Shown: positions 50,091 through 60,095, counted from the first letter of the stretch. The stretch: DNA of 64,000 nucleotides from an uncultured Planctomycetia bacterium (GCA_964642015.1 CAZXLF010000006.1:58661-122660), one strand, 5' to 3'. Numbers and translations are program-made. Notes: generated from the letters alone by a model not told the origin.

Positions 50091-50564
50091 ATGACGTCCG
50101 GTATGTATAATGAAGCTGTGAGGATCTTCTTTCGTCTGATAGTTATTGTTTGCGCTTTGATGCCGATCGCATGCGCGACCGTCAACCGGAACAACTGGAT
50201 CGGTCACAGCGAGTCGGAGCTGGTGTCGACGCTTGGACCGCCGGATGCCGTTTATCCGCTGAATGAACGGCAAAAAGTGCTGACGTACAACACCTTTTCA
50301 AATGCATTCCCGCCCGGACACAACACCGAAAGCGAGATCTCTTATGTCGGCCGGGAACCATTCTATCCGCCGTCTTACGGCAAGACACCTCCGCAGAACA
50401 AAGGCGATCATTTCAAGACGGATTTCCTCGTGCAGGACGGACAAGTGATCTCTTACTCGCAGAAACAGAGTTTCAAACCGCCGAAAAAAAACGGCCAAGA
50501 ATCTAAAAATAAACCCGAAACCAAATCGGCTCAAGGTGAGGAATCAAAAAAAGAACCCGATTGA
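50091..50564 (+). CDS. Putative lipoprotein, Lys/Pro-rich C-terminus
   Basis: Signal peptide with lipobox-like IACAT. Confidence 0.4.
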   Translation: MTSGMYNEAVRIFFRLIVIVCALMPIACATVNRNNWIGHSESELVSTLGPPDAVYPLNERQKVLTYNTFSNAFPPGHNTESEISYVGREPFYPPSYGKTPPQNKGDHFKTDFLVQDGQVISYSQKQSFKPPKKNGQESKNKPETKSAQGEESKKEPD

Positions 50565-50629
50565 TCCCTCCTCTAGTTTCCGTCATTACGAGGAGTTCTT
50601 TTTGCGTATTTCGTAACCCGATCTTCAAA

Positions 50630-50857
50630 TCATTTCCCCACATACCGAAATCTCGGCACAGACTTTCCTTTGACGGAAACTTTTTCCTGAAACATCGCAA
50701 GCGGTCGCACCCAAAGCGAGCCTTTGGGAAACTCTCCTTTATATAGCGCTTTATAGACCACCATGAGCTCAAGCGTCTCGCTATGCCGCGCGACACCGAG
50801 CACTTCATAGCGTTTGCCTTTGAAATGTTCGTAGAGGCCTTTTTGGATGTTGTTCAT
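50630..50857 (-). CDS. DUF1653-family protein
   Basis: GLYEHFKGKRYEVLGVARHSETLELMVVYKALY signature. Confidence 0.55.
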   Translation of the reverse strand: MNNIQKGLYEHFKGKRYEVLGVARHSETLELMVVYKALYKGEFPKGSLWVRPLAMFQEKVSVKGKSVPRFRYVGK

Positions 50858-50877
50858 AAACTAATTAAACACATCTG

Positions 50878-51000
50878 GTTTTTCCCCTAGTCTTTTCCGA
50901 ACTCTCCCTAACCCTCTCTTTGAATAAAGAGAGGGGAAGTTCTGCACTTCTCCCCTCTTTAGTTAAAGAGGGGATTAAGGGGAGTTGGTATTTGGGACAG
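50878..51000. repeat. REP-B: paired-hairpin palindromic repeat (ccctctcttt-N-aaagagaggg plus ccctcttt-N-aaagaggg)
   Basis: Same family recurs at about 53225-53325 and 55595-55695. Confidence 0.5.
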
Positions 51001-51015
51001 TGTCTGGTTTATAAA

Positions 51016-52047
51016 TTATTTAATCCCGATCACCATCGAATCAGGGCCCAGTAGATGCTCGATGCGCGTTTGTTTGAAGCCGGCTTCTTTGAGCCAGCCC
51101 TGACAATCCGCGCCGGTATAATCAAAACCACCCGGCGTCTCGATCAGCATATTGAGACTCATCAGGAGTCCAAACGCGTTCGTTTGTCTGGCATCGTCGA
51201 TCATCGCGTCAAATACAATGAAAGCACCACCTTTAGGGAGCGCCTCGTAGGCCTTTTTGACAAGCATCCGCTTCTGTTCTAGGTTCCAATCATGCAGAAT
51301 GTGCCCCATGATCAGCACGTCCGCTTTGGGAAGCGGTTTATTGAAAAAATCCAGCTCATAAAACTTTAGTCTATCCGCGACCCCGAAAGACCGGACATAT
51401 TCCTCAAATATCGGTCTCACCTGTGGAAGATCCGCTCCTCCGCCTTTAAGGTGCGTATTCTTAAGCGCGATCTGCACGGGCATCGCGCCCTGGGCGCATC
51501 CGATGTCGATGAAGGTTTTATATTTTTTCCACGGGAACTTTTGCGCCATTACCATCGCGGAGCCCAGCGTGATGCCGGTCATCGCCTTTAAGAATTCGCG
51601 CAGATGTGCGGGAGTATCATAGAGTTCTTTGAACGGATCTCTCCCGTCTTTAACTTCATTCAGAGACTTGCCTGTCTTTAACGCTTCGCTCAGCGAACCC
51701 CAAGCCTTGTAAAGACGGTCGCCGCCCATCTCGAGGATGCCGCCGACATAGGAAGGCTTTGCTTTGTCCAAAAATTTATCCGCCTCGGGCGTATTGCGGT
51801 AGACCTGCCCTTGTCTTTGAAGAATGCCGAGAGCCACCAGCGCGTCAAAAAAATCCCTGGCACCGCGCTGATGAAGCCTGAAATGTTTACGCAATGATTC
51901 ATACGGCATCGGCCCTTTGGCCAATTCGGTGAATACCCCGAGCTCTACTGCGCTCAGTAACGTCTTCGATCCCCAATACGCAAGCCCGACGGACAAAATT
52001 TTTTGTGGTGTTAATTGACCGGTTGATTTCTTAGTTTGTGTTTTCAT
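51016..52047 (-). CDS. Class I SAM-dependent O-methyltransferase (Methyltransf_2 type)
   Basis: Dimerisation-like N-terminus; SAM motif [10 protein letters not shown]...[13 protein letters not shown]. Confidence 0.75.
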   Translation of the reverse strand: MKTQTKKSTGQLTPQKILSVGLAYWGSKTLLSAVELGVFTELAKGPMPYESLRKHFRLHQRGARDFFDALVALGILQRQGQVYRNTPEADKFLDKAKPSYVGGILEMGGDRLYKAWGSLSEALKTGKSLNEVKDGRDPFKELYDTPAHLREFLKAMTGITLGSAMVMAQKFPWKKYKTFIDIGCAQGAMPVQIALKNTHLKGGGADLPQVRPIFEEYVRSFGVADRLKFYELDFFNKPLPKADVLIMGHILHDWNLEQKRMLVKKAYEALPKGGAFIVFDAMIDDARQTNAFGLLMSLNMLIETPGGFDYTGADCQGWLKEAGFKQTRIEHLLGPDSMVIGIK

Positions 52048-52094
52048 GTTTTCTCCTTAATTTATTTAAAGCCAATTTTAGCACATCTGATTAA

Positions 52095-52210
52095 ACTCAC
52101 CCTAATTGTCATCCCGAGAAGCCTAGTTTTTAAACTACGCAACGAGGGATCAAACGTTTGATCCCTCCTCTTTCCACTTGAAACTCGAATCGTCGGGATG
52201 ACAAATAATC
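52095..52210. repeat. REP-A: nested palindrome (gtcatcccgag...gagggatcaaacgtttgatccctc...cgtcgggatgac)
   Basis: Outer 11-bp and inner 11-bp perfect inverted repeats. Copies or variants at about 54440-54580, 56830-56960, 58110-58235 and 63945-63985. Confidence 0.5.
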
Positions 52211-52213
52211 TCA

Positions 52214-53125
52214 TCAGTCATATTTCGTATTCGAAAAAAATTCATAGCCCTTCAAAACACTCATCGCGGTCATTTGAACGATATTTCGGTAATCACCCAA
52301 GTCAGCGCGGCCAAGCGCCATGTAGTAAGAATAGCGGTCTTCTAAAGTAACCAGCGCCGGCGCAAAACCCTGCGTCAATAGCTGCGTGAGCATCAAAAGC
52401 CGTCCGACGCGGCCATTACCGTCAAAAAAAGGATGAATAGTCTCAAAGTCATGATGATCGATCGCTATTTTGCCAAGCGGATCCTTTCCGTATCGATTGG
52501 CGCCCCGCAGGAGTTTTTTCATCTTGAGAGGCACCTCCTGAAAAGAAGGCAGTTTTTTATCAGTATTCGTAAGATTAACGGCACCTGTCCGATACTTGCC
52601 GGGCAGTTTATTGCCGAAATTGTACAGGACGATCTCATGAAGTTTCAAAACAAAAGCTTCGTCGATCTTAAAGCCGGGCCGGACTTTTTCAATTAAAAAC
52701 TCAAGCGCGTTTTTATGGTTGATGGCCTCCATCACCTCAAAAGGCTCTTTGCCGCGGACCGTTTTTCCTTCGATCGCCCTTTGGGTTTCCCGCATCGTCA
52801 TACGGCTTCCCTCGATCGCGTTGGAATGATAGGTCATCCGCAGAAAAAATTCTTCCCGGAGCGTCCTATTTTCTTTGAGCATTTTTAGAGGATTCGGCCA
52901 TTTGGCACGCAGGTCCATGATCAGCCGCCGCAGGTCCGCGTGTTCTTTAAAAAGCTCATCAATATCTCTCGACTGGGCCGGATGGGGCTGAATCCCCTTT
53001 TCAAACCACCGGTAGACGGTCTTGTACGTCACTTCAAGGCGCCTCGCCAACTCTGACCGGCTTATCCCGGCTGTCTTGATAATAAGCTCTAATTTTTCTT
53101 TATCTGAGGGTAGGTATTTTTTCAT
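52214..53125 (-). CDS. fic: Fic/Fido-domain protein (class II, N-terminal inhibitory helix) with N-terminal HTH
   Basis: Fic motif [12 protein letters not shown]; inhibitory (S/T)xxxE(G/N) motif YHSNAIEGS upstream; N-terminal HTH ([20 protein letters not shown]). Confidence 0.85.
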   Translation of the reverse strand: MKKYLPSDKEKLELIIKTAGISRSELARRLEVTYKTVYRWFEKGIQPHPAQSRDIDELFKEHADLRRLIMDLRAKWPNPLKMLKENRTLREEFFLRMTYHSNAIEGSRMTMRETQRAIEGKTVRGKEPFEVMEAINHKNALEFLIEKVRPGFKIDEAFVLKLHEIVLYNFGNKLPGKYRTGAVNLTNTDKKLPSFQEVPLKMKKLLRGANRYGKDPLGKIAIDHHDFETIHPFFDGNGRVGRLLMLTQLLTQGFAPALVTLEDRYSYYMALGRADLGDYRNIVQMTAMSVLKGYEFFSNTKYD

Positions 53126-53326
53126 ATTTTTATATAGGACATATGTCCTATTATTAGGAACATATATAATATACCATATGTCCTATCAAATATGCAACTC
53201 TCCCTAGCCTTGTCTAAACGCCCCCTGGATTTATCTAACTCACCCTAACCCTCTCTTTAAATAAAGAGAGGGAAAGTTCAGCGCTTCCCCCCTCTTATTT
53301 TTAAGAGGGGGCTAGGGGGCGTTAGT

Positions 53327-53614
53327 CTACCGTATCAACCAAACATAAATAAACGCGAATATCCCAAGAAAGAGAACCGACAGGCCCATGATACGTGTGT
53401 TTCTTATCTCCTTGGCCATAGAGATAGGTTCCATCCGCCAATTAATGAGCCGGTAAAAGGCTATTTGCAAATCGATGACTTTTTTCGGCTGCCAGGCCAC
53501 CAACGCTCCAAATGCTATCGCGATCACCGCCACGGTGAGCCGCATGCAATACGAGCATATCACTCCACCAAAACAGGTGCACTTCGCGAATAAAGACGGG
53601 AGTATGGGATTCAT
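53327..53614 (-). CDS. Small Cys-rich membrane protein (2-3 TM)
   Basis: CTCFGGVICSYC followed by TM helices; conserved within the duplicated cassette. Confidence 0.4.
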   Translation of the reverse strand: MNPILPSLFAKCTCFGGVICSYCMRLTVAVIAIAFGALVAWQPKKVIDLQIAFYRLINWRMEPISMAKEIRNTRIMGLSVLFLGIFAFIYVWLIR

Positions 53615-53690
53615 GGCTCTATTCTAACTCTCGCTAGCCATTTTGTGAATCTTGCTTCCTGGTGCGTTAAAAAGAGGATTTAAGGAGTGA

Positions 53691-53978
53691 TTATTTCAGA
53701 GCTTCTCGGATTGCATCGAGGCGATTTTCGGCGACTTTCAATAAAATTCGCGCTGCGCCATCAGGATAAGTGCGTCCCTGTTCCCAATTTCTAAGTGTAG
53801 CCGGACTTACGCCTATAAGTTCTGCAAACTGCGTCTGGCTAACTCGCCACTTCTGCCGTATAGATTTTATATCCATCGGCTTAACATCAAACACTCTAGA
53901 AGCTTTCCGTTTACCGGCATGGATCGTTCTCGCTTGATCAATACTTCTCAATAACTTCCTAAATGCTGCCTGCTTCAT
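53691..53978 (-). CDS. higA: HigA-type antitoxin (XRE HTH)
   Basis: HTH: SQTQFAELIGVSPATLRNWEQGR. 4-nt overlap with the upstream toxin gene (toxin-first order typical of higBA). Confidence 0.7.
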   Translation of the reverse strand: MKQAAFRKLLRSIDQARTIHAGKRKASRVFDVKPMDIKSIRQKWRVSQTQFAELIGVSPATLRNWEQGRTYPDGAARILLKVAENRLDAIREALK

Positions 53979-54295
53979 AACACTCCTGTTTTGATATAAG
54001 CCTGCAATTCCTTTAACTGACTTCTAGATAAGTCCCCATGACGAATCTTATCATACGCAAAGATCATATATAAGTTATCGTTTGACTGTATATAATAAAT
54101 GAGTCGAATACCGCTTCTCTTCCCCTTTTGTTTTTGGCGGGAGATCCATCGAACTTTTCTAAGACCTCCGCCGCCCGGGATCAAAACACCTTTTTTTGGA
54201 TCACGGACTAACAACCATTGAAGCGCTCTATATTCTTCATCAACAAGCAATGTCTTTATGACAGATGTGAAAATGGATGTTTCAATAAATACCAA
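53975..54295 (-). CDS. higB: HigB/RelE-family toxin (plasmid maintenance system killer)
   Basis: Resembles HigB-2/RelE-like killers (LRKVRW...GKRSGIRLIYY...MIFAYDK). A palindromic operator-like tatacgctattagcgtata lies just upstream. Confidence 0.65.
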   Translation of the reverse strand: MVFIETSIFTSVIKTLLVDEEYRALQWLLVRDPKKGVLIPGGGGLRKVRWISRQKQKGKRSGIRLIYYIQSNDNLYMIFAYDKIRHGDLSRSQLKELQAYIKTGVL

Positions 54296-54583
54296 CGGCG
54301 CCTTTCATTTATAAGTATACGCTATTAGCGTATGATTATACAAGTCTAAAGTTTGACTATAATAAACGATCCTTTCTTTCATATTAGAAGACGACGATAC
54401 ACCTTGAATTCGTTCAAAAATCTTCTGGATTTTTTTCGACTAACAGCGGGAGTTACTAATTGTCATTCTGAGTCCTAATGTCATCCCGAGGAGCTTATCT
54501 TTAAATCCGCGACGAGGGATCAAACGTTTGATCCCTCCTCTTTCCACTTGAAACTCGAATCGTCGGGATGACAAATAATCTCA

Positions 54584-55495
54584 TCAGTCATATTTCGTAT
54601 TCGAAAAAAATTCATAGCCCTTCAAAACACTCATCGCGGTCATTTGAACGATATTTCGGTAATCACCCAAGTCAGCGCGGCCAAGCGCCATGTAGTAAGA
54701 ATAGCGGTCTTCTAAAGTAACCAGCGCCGGCGCAAAACCCTGCGTCAATAGCTGCGTGAGCATCAAAAGCCGTCCGACGCGGCCATTACCGTCAAAAAAA
54801 GGATGAATAGTCTCAAAGTCATGATGATCGATCGCTATTTTGCCAAGCGGATCCTTTCCGTATCGATTGGCGCCCCGCAGGAGTTTTTTCATCTTGAGAG
54901 GCACCTCCTGAAAAGAAGGCAGTTTTTTATCAGTATTCGTAAGATTAACGGCACCTGTCCGATACTTGCCGGGCAGTTTATTGCCGAAATTGTACAGGAC
55001 GATCTCATGAAGTTTCAAAACAAAAGCTTCGTCGATCTTAAAGCCGGGCCGGACTTTTTCAATTAAAAACTCAAGCGCGTTTTTATGGTTGATGGCCTCC
55101 ATCACCTCAAAAGGCTCTTTGCCGCGGACCGTTTTTCCTTCGATCGCCCTTTGGGTTTCCCGCATCGTCATACGGCTTCCCTCGATCGCGTTGGAATGAT
55201 AGGTCATCCGCAGAAAAAATTCTTCCCGGAGCGTCCTATTTTCTTTGAGCATTTTTAGAGGATTCGGCCATTTGGCACGCAGGTCCATGATCAGCCGCCG
55301 CAGGTCCGCGTGTTCTTTAAAAAGCTCATCAATATCTCTCGACTGGGCCGGATGGGGCTGAATCCCCTTTTCAAACCACCGGTAGACGGTCTTGTACGTC
55401 ACTTCAAGGCGCCTCGCCAACTCTGACCGGCTTATCCCGGCTGTCTTGATAATAAGCTCTAATTTTTCTTTATCTGAGGGTAGGTATTTTTTCAT
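54584..55495 (-). CDS. fic: Fic/Fido-domain protein, duplicate copy
   Basis: Identical to 52214-53125. Confidence 0.85.
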   Translation of the reverse strand: MKKYLPSDKEKLELIIKTAGISRSELARRLEVTYKTVYRWFEKGIQPHPAQSRDIDELFKEHADLRRLIMDLRAKWPNPLKMLKENRTLREEFFLRMTYHSNAIEGSRMTMRETQRAIEGKTVRGKEPFEVMEAINHKNALEFLIEKVRPGFKIDEAFVLKLHEIVLYNFGNKLPGKYRTGAVNLTNTDKKLPSFQEVPLKMKKLLRGANRYGKDPLGKIAIDHHDFETIHPFFDGNGRVGRLLMLTQLLTQGFAPALVTLEDRYSYYMALGRADLGDYRNIVQMTAMSVLKGYEFFSNTKYD

Positions 55496-55696
55496 ATTTT
55501 TATATAGGACATATGTCCTATTATTAGGAACATATATAATATACCATATGTCCTATCAAATATGCAACTCTCCCTAGCCTTGTCTAAACGCCCCCTGGAT
55601 TTATCTAACTCACCCTAACCCTCTCTTTAAATAAAGAGAGGGAAAGTTCAGCGCTTCCCCCCTCTTATTTTTAAGAGGGGGCTAGGGGGCGTTAGT

Positions 55697-55984
55697 CTAC
55701 CGTATCAACCAAACATAAATAAACGCGAATATCCCAAGAAAGAGAACCGACAGGCCCATGATACGTGTGTTTCTTATCTCCTTGGCCATAGAGATAGGTT
55801 CCATCCGCCAATTAATGAGCCGGTAAAAGGCTATTTGCAAATCGATGACTTTTTTCGGCTGCCAGGCCACCAACGCTCCAAATGCTATCGCGATCACCGC
55901 CACGGTGAGCCGCATGCAATACGAGCATATCACTCCACCAAAACAGGTGCACTTCGCGAATAAAGACGGGAGTATGGGATTCAT
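55697..55984 (-). CDS. Small Cys-rich membrane protein, duplicate copy
   Basis: Identical to 53327-53614. Confidence 0.4.
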   Translation of the reverse strand: MNPILPSLFAKCTCFGGVICSYCMRLTVAVIAIAFGALVAWQPKKVIDLQIAFYRLINWRMEPISMAKEIRNTRIMGLSVLFLGIFAFIYVWLIR

Positions 55985-56060
55985 GGCTCTATTCTAACTC
56001 TCGCTAGCCATTTTGTGAATCTTGCTTCCTGGTGCGTTAAAAAGAGGATTTAAGGAGTGA

Positions 56061-56348
56061 TTATTTCAGAGCTTCTCGGATTGCATCGAGGCGATTTTCG
56101 GCGACTTTCAATAAAATTCGCGCTGCGCCATCAGGATAAGTGCGTCCCTGTTCCCAATTTCTAAGTGTAGCCGGACTTACGCCTATAAGTTCTGCAAACT
56201 GCGTCTGGCTAACTCGCCACTTCTGCCGTATAGATTTTATATCCATCGGCTTAACATCAAACACTCTAGAAGCTTTCCGTTTACCGGCATGGATCGTTCT
56301 CGCTTGATCAATACTTCTCAATAACTTCCTAAATGCTGCCTGCTTCAT
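56061..56348 (-). CDS. higA: HigA-type antitoxin, duplicate copy
   Basis: Identical to 53691-53978. Confidence 0.7.
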   Translation of the reverse strand: MKQAAFRKLLRSIDQARTIHAGKRKASRVFDVKPMDIKSIRQKWRVSQTQFAELIGVSPATLRNWEQGRTYPDGAARILLKVAENRLDAIREALK

Positions 56349-56665
56349 AACACTCCTGTTTTGATATAAGCCTGCAATTCCTTTAACTGACTTCTAGATA
56401 AGTCCCCATGACGAATCTTATCATACGCAAAGATCATATATAAGTTATCGTTTGACTGTATATAATAAATGAGTCGAATACCGCTTCTCTTCCCCTTTTG
56501 TTTTTGGCGGGAGATCCATCGAACTTTTCTAAGACCTCCGCCGCCCGGGATCAAAACACCTTTTTTTGGATCACGGACTAACAACCATTGAAGCGCTCTA
56601 TATTCTTCATCAACAAGCAATGTCTTTATGACAGATGTGAAAATGGATGTTTCAATAAATACCAA
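56345..56665 (-). CDS. higB: HigB/RelE-family toxin, duplicate copy
   Basis: Identical to 53975-54295. Confidence 0.65.
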   Translation of the reverse strand: MVFIETSIFTSVIKTLLVDEEYRALQWLLVRDPKKGVLIPGGGGLRKVRWISRQKQKGKRSGIRLIYYIQSNDNLYMIFAYDKIRHGDLSRSQLKELQAYIKTGVL

Positions 56666-56968
56666 CGGCGCCTTTCATTTATAAGTATACGCTATTAGCG
56701 TATGATTATACAAGTCTAAAGTTTGACTATAATAAACGATCCTTTCTTTCATATTAGAAGACGACGATACACCTTGAATTCGTTCAAAAATCTTCTGGAT
56801 TTTTTTCGACTAACAGCGGGAGTTACTAATTGTCATTCTGAGTCCTAATGTCATCCCGAGGAGCTTATCTTTAAATCCGCGACGAGGGATCAAACGCTTG
56901 ATCCCTCCTCTTATCGATTTAAACTCGAATCGCCTGCCTGCCGGCAGGCAGGTCGGGATGATAAATAA

Positions 56969-57241
56969 TTACTCTGCCGTTGTAGGGTCTATCATTTGGC
57001 GAACAGCAGCAACCGAGTCGGCGGGAAACCCGCCTTGTTTTGCATGTTCGCGTATCATTGCCTCATTCGGCGAGATATAAACACAGTAGATCTTATCTTC
57101 CGTCACGTAGCTTTGAAGCCATTGTATTTCCGAACCAAGCTTGCGAAGAACTCCGCATGACTTCTGGGATATAGCCTTGAGATCCGCTGCGCTCATCTTC
57201 CCGGCGCCCGGAATATTTCGTTCGATTACATACTTTGGCAT
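56969..57241 (-). CDS. DUF4242-family protein
   Basis: MPKYVIERNIPGAGKMSAADLKAIS... resembles DUF4242 (recall). Confidence 0.45.
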   Translation of the reverse strand: MPKYVIERNIPGAGKMSAADLKAISQKSCGVLRKLGSEIQWLQSYVTEDKIYCVYISPNEAMIREHAKQGGFPADSVAAVRQMIDPTTAE

Positions 57242-57270
57242 ATATTTCCTCCTTTTATAAGGTTAATGGA

Positions 57271-58086
57271 TCAAAGTGAAACTGTGACTCTTAGGAACGT
57301 GGCCGGTATGGAAACGCCACCGTTACTACTCTTATTCTGCGCTTTCGCCAGTTCCAATATTTGTTTGTGTAGCTCTTCTACTTTCCCATTCTTTCGTGCC
57401 GCTTCGTAGGCATTCATGGTCGGGCCATAGTATCGGCTTAAAGATTCGACGATATCCGCCGGGCCTTTGTCGGGCGAAATAAAAGAATACGTGTCCTTGG
57501 TCATGGTAATTTTCTCTTTCGGCACTCCGGCCTGGCCAAAACGCTCCACAATATGAGTTTCTACACCCCATGTCATCGGACTGATAAAGCCTTCAGGTGG
57601 CGGAGGTGCGAATGCCGCGCTGATCTTCAAGAGCTGTGAGACAAATGAGGTAGTGTCATTCGGGATCCAATTGCCCATCACGATACGTCCGCCCGGTTTG
57701 GTAACACGGACCATCTCTTTGGCGACGTCAAAAGGTTTGGGAGCGAACATCGCGCCGAATATGGAGATCGTCAGATCAAAAGATTGATCGCCGACGCCTT
57801 GTAAATTGCACGCGTCCCCTTCTTGAAATTTCAGCCGCTTGAGCCCCGCTTCCATAGCTCGTTTATTTCCTGCGTCAACGAGGTTCTTGGCGATATCAAT
57901 TCCGACCACTTCGGCTCCCAATTTAGCCATAGGGACCGCTGTAGTGCCGTCTCCGCAGCCAAGATCCAAAACCTTCATTGATGGCTTCACTCCAAGCGAA
58001 TTGATGATATCTTCAGCGGATCGGCGCATGTAGGAAGCGATCTTGGTAAAGTCACCCTTCTCCCATAGCTCTTTATTTGGATTCAT
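57271..58086 (-). CDS. Class I SAM-dependent methyltransferase
   Basis: VLDLGCGDGTT motif I; the ORF-track start is TTG, so the internal ATG is used. Confidence 0.75.
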   Translation of the reverse strand: MNPNKELWEKGDFTKIASYMRRSAEDIINSLGVKPSMKVLDLGCGDGTTAVPMAKLGAEVVGIDIAKNLVDAGNKRAMEAGLKRLKFQEGDACNLQGVGDQSFDLTISIFGAMFAPKPFDVAKEMVRVTKPGGRIVMGNWIPNDTTSFVSQLLKISAAFAPPPPEGFISPMTWGVETHIVERFGQAGVPKEKITMTKDTYSFISPDKGPADIVESLSRYYGPTMNAYEAARKNGKVEELHKQILELAKAQNKSSNGGVSIPATFLRVTVSL

Positions 58087-58109
58087 AGTATCTCCCTTCA
58101 ATAAATATA

Positions 58110-58235
58110 TAATGAGACATAAACTGTCATCCCGAGCGTAGCGAAGCGAAGTCGAGGGATCTAAGAAACTCTTTTAGCATGCTAAGAAATTCTTTAGATT
58201 CCTCGACTCGGCCCATTGGCCTCGCTCGGAATGAC
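58110..58235. repeat. REP-A variant (gtcatcccgagcg...cgctcggaatgac with inner tcgagggatc...gattcctcga)
   Basis: Nested palindrome of the same family. Confidence 0.45.
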
Positions 58236-58285
58236 ATACTTCAGAGCCCTGTACCTAGCAATCTTGACACGCAGCGTCGTTTCAT

Positions 58286-58498
58286 TCATCCCTCTACTCC
58301 TGGCAATGCCAAATATAGATTTTCCACTTTGAGGCGCGCCCAGGGAGTCTTTCGAAGAAACGTGAGACTCGACTTGATACTCGGATCAGATGTGAAACAA
58401 CGGATACGTATCCTCTTCCCCAGCTCTTCCCAACCATAATGTTCGACGAGACGCTCAAGTATCGCTTGAAGCGTCATCCCATGCAGAGGATCACTCAT
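58286..58498 (-). CDS. DUF2132-like small protein
   Basis: [23 protein letters not shown]...[18 protein letters not shown] signature (recall). Confidence 0.45.
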   Translation of the reverse strand: MSDPLHGMTLQAILERLVEHYGWEELGKRIRIRCFTSDPSIKSSLTFLRKTPWARLKVENLYLALPGVEG

Positions 58499-58517
58499 TT
58501 CTACTGTGAATCTCCCT

Positions 58518-58880
58518 TTATTTTAGAAACGCCAACGACCCCCAACCCAATATAAATAAAATCCCGCCAATCGGCGTGAGAGCGCCAAGCCAGCGCGTGC
58601 CTGTAATGGATAAAAGATACAAACTACCGGAAAAGATCACGATGCCTAACGCGAACGCGAAGCCCGCTATGCGAACATGGGAATTATTCGGATATTGTGA
58701 AGCGGTCCAGGCCACAATGAAAAGACCCAGCGCATGAATGAAATGATACAACACTGCCGTATGATAGACATCGAGGTATTCCGGAGTAAGACGTGCCTTA
58801 AGCGCGTGCGCACCAAAAGCGCCGAGCGCTACGCCTGCTAACATAAAAATCGCCGCGATCCGAAACCAGTTATTCGACAT
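58518..58880 (-). CDS. DUF423 (YgdD-like) membrane protein
   Basis: 4 [10 protein letters not shown] motif. Confidence 0.6.
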   Translation of the reverse strand: MSNNWFRIAAIFMLAGVALGAFGAHALKARLTPEYLDVYHTAVLYHFIHALGLFIVAWTASQYPNNSHVRIAGFAFALGIVIFSGSLYLLSITGTRWLGALTPIGGILFILGWGSLAFLK

Positions 58881-58986
58881 TGTTAAATATGATACCGCGA
58901 CAGAGGAAGATGGTCTAGGGGAGGTTTGAGTGTGGTTCTGCCCTCTTATTGATGCTGATGAATCCCAACAGATGGAGGGCAGTTTA

Positions 58987-59700
58987 CTATTTTTGAATCG
59001 GAGAGGGCTTTGCTAGCACTCGCTTTTCTATGGCTACAAAAAACTTATCTGCAATTTCTAATAATAAATTGGTGTTTCCAACCATATCTTCACGTTTTCT
59101 AGGGAATCTTCTTCGATTACTTTGATTAAAATCAATGTCCATGTCATGACTAATACGGTTACGTATTTCAAACACTTGATCGACCTTTTTAAAATCTGAC
59201 ATTAATTCGTCAGCTATTATCCCAAAATGAGCTGCTGCCGATAATAGCTGGCTTCTTGATTGCATGCTATTTGAAGTCAATTTTTTTACTAAAGTAGATA
59301 AGAAAGCATCCCGAGGCGTCCTCTGAGAAAGAGCAGATGCTAACATATTAAAATCAATTGTAGGTAATTGAGATCCTGAAACTGGCATCTTGATCGCCGT
59401 TGAAATAAATGATTCAAATTGTTGAAATGCGCCTCTATCACAATTAATTACGATCCCTAATGCATCCTTTACTAACTGCTGAACCATAGAATCCAAACCG
59501 GCTGATGCAAAGATTAACATTGCTCGAAGCAGATCTTGATCCTGATCAGTCGGCGCTCCCATTTTATTTGGACGGCTATCAAATGACGAAAGAAATGAGC
59601 CAGAAGTTTCATGAGTGTGCACTAGTATAAAATATGCCTTTGCTAATTCTTGATTTTTAGGTTCTTTTTTTACAGATGGAGACTTGATTCCTGTCTTCAC
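58987..59700 (-). CDS. Hypothetical cytoplasmic protein, last gene of the R-M operon; carries an Rx4H (HEPN-like) motif
   Basis: EIRNRISHD near the C-terminus; all-alpha-like composition. Family otherwise unrecognised. Confidence 0.35.
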   Translation of the reverse strand: MKTGIKSPSVKKEPKNQELAKAYFILVHTHETSGSFLSSFDSRPNKMGAPTDQDQDLLRAMLIFASAGLDSMVQQLVKDALGIVINCDRGAFQQFESFISTAIKMPVSGSQLPTIDFNMLASALSQRTPRDAFLSTLVKKLTSNSMQSRSQLLSAAAHFGIIADELMSDFKKVDQVFEIRNRISHDMDIDFNQSNRRRFPRKREDMVGNTNLLLEIADKFFVAIEKRVLAKPSPIQK

Positions 59701-59704
59701 GGTG

Positions 59705-60013
59705 TTAACCCTTTTTTAATTGAACATCTTCTGCGCCTAGCGGAAGTGGGAAATATCCAGCATATCCCGGATAGCCGGGATAACCAGGATAACCAGGATA
59801 GCCGGGATAACCAGGATACCCTTTATATGGTCTATTATAAAAATAAAGTAATCTATTTTTATGGTAGATGCTGCCCAAATATTCTCCATCAGTTGTAACG
59901 ACATCTGATTCATCCCAAGGCAACCAACCTATCCATTCGCCATCAATGTCGTATACATATTTACCCCTACGGAAGGCTATCCAATTGCCTGATGAATCAA
60001 ATAAATACTGCAA
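59705..60013 (-). CDS. Repeat protein with three G-x-WIa/YLG beta-repeat units and a (GYP)x6-7 tandem tripeptide repeat
   Basis: GNWIAFRRGKYVYD / GEWIGWLPWDESD / GEYLGSIYHKN repeats, then GYPGYPGYPGYPGYPGYPGYA encoded by a 9-nt DNA tandem repeat at about 59755-59820. Confidence 0.4.
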   Translation of the reverse strand: MQYLFDSSGNWIAFRRGKYVYDIDGEWIGWLPWDESDVVTTDGEYLGSIYHKNRLLYFYNRPYKGYPGYPGYPGYPGYPGYPGYAGYFPLPLGAEDVQLKKG

Positions 60014-60095
60014 TATTTTACCCTCTAACGATTATCACTTTTGTCCAACTAAAGCAGCCAGTTTATATGAAAACCTTCAAAAAAATTATGCACAT

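Larger units (their letters stand above)
52142..54511. repeat. Tandem direct repeat unit 1 (2370 bp): Fic, REP-B, membrane protein, HigA, HigB
   Basis: All four ORFs are identical in protein sequence and offset by exactly 2370 nt from unit 2. Nucleotide spot checks are identical. Confidence 0.85.
54512..56881. repeat. Tandem direct repeat unit 2 (2370 bp), followed by about 30 nt of a third repeat start
   Basis: See unit 1. The junctions lie inside REP-A palindromes. Confidence 0.85.

Noticed and set aside
59750-59825. CRISPR-like short tandem repeats
   Set aside because: The 9-nt units are in-frame inside a CDS and encode a GYP tripeptide repeat. It is a coding microsatellite, not a CRISPR.
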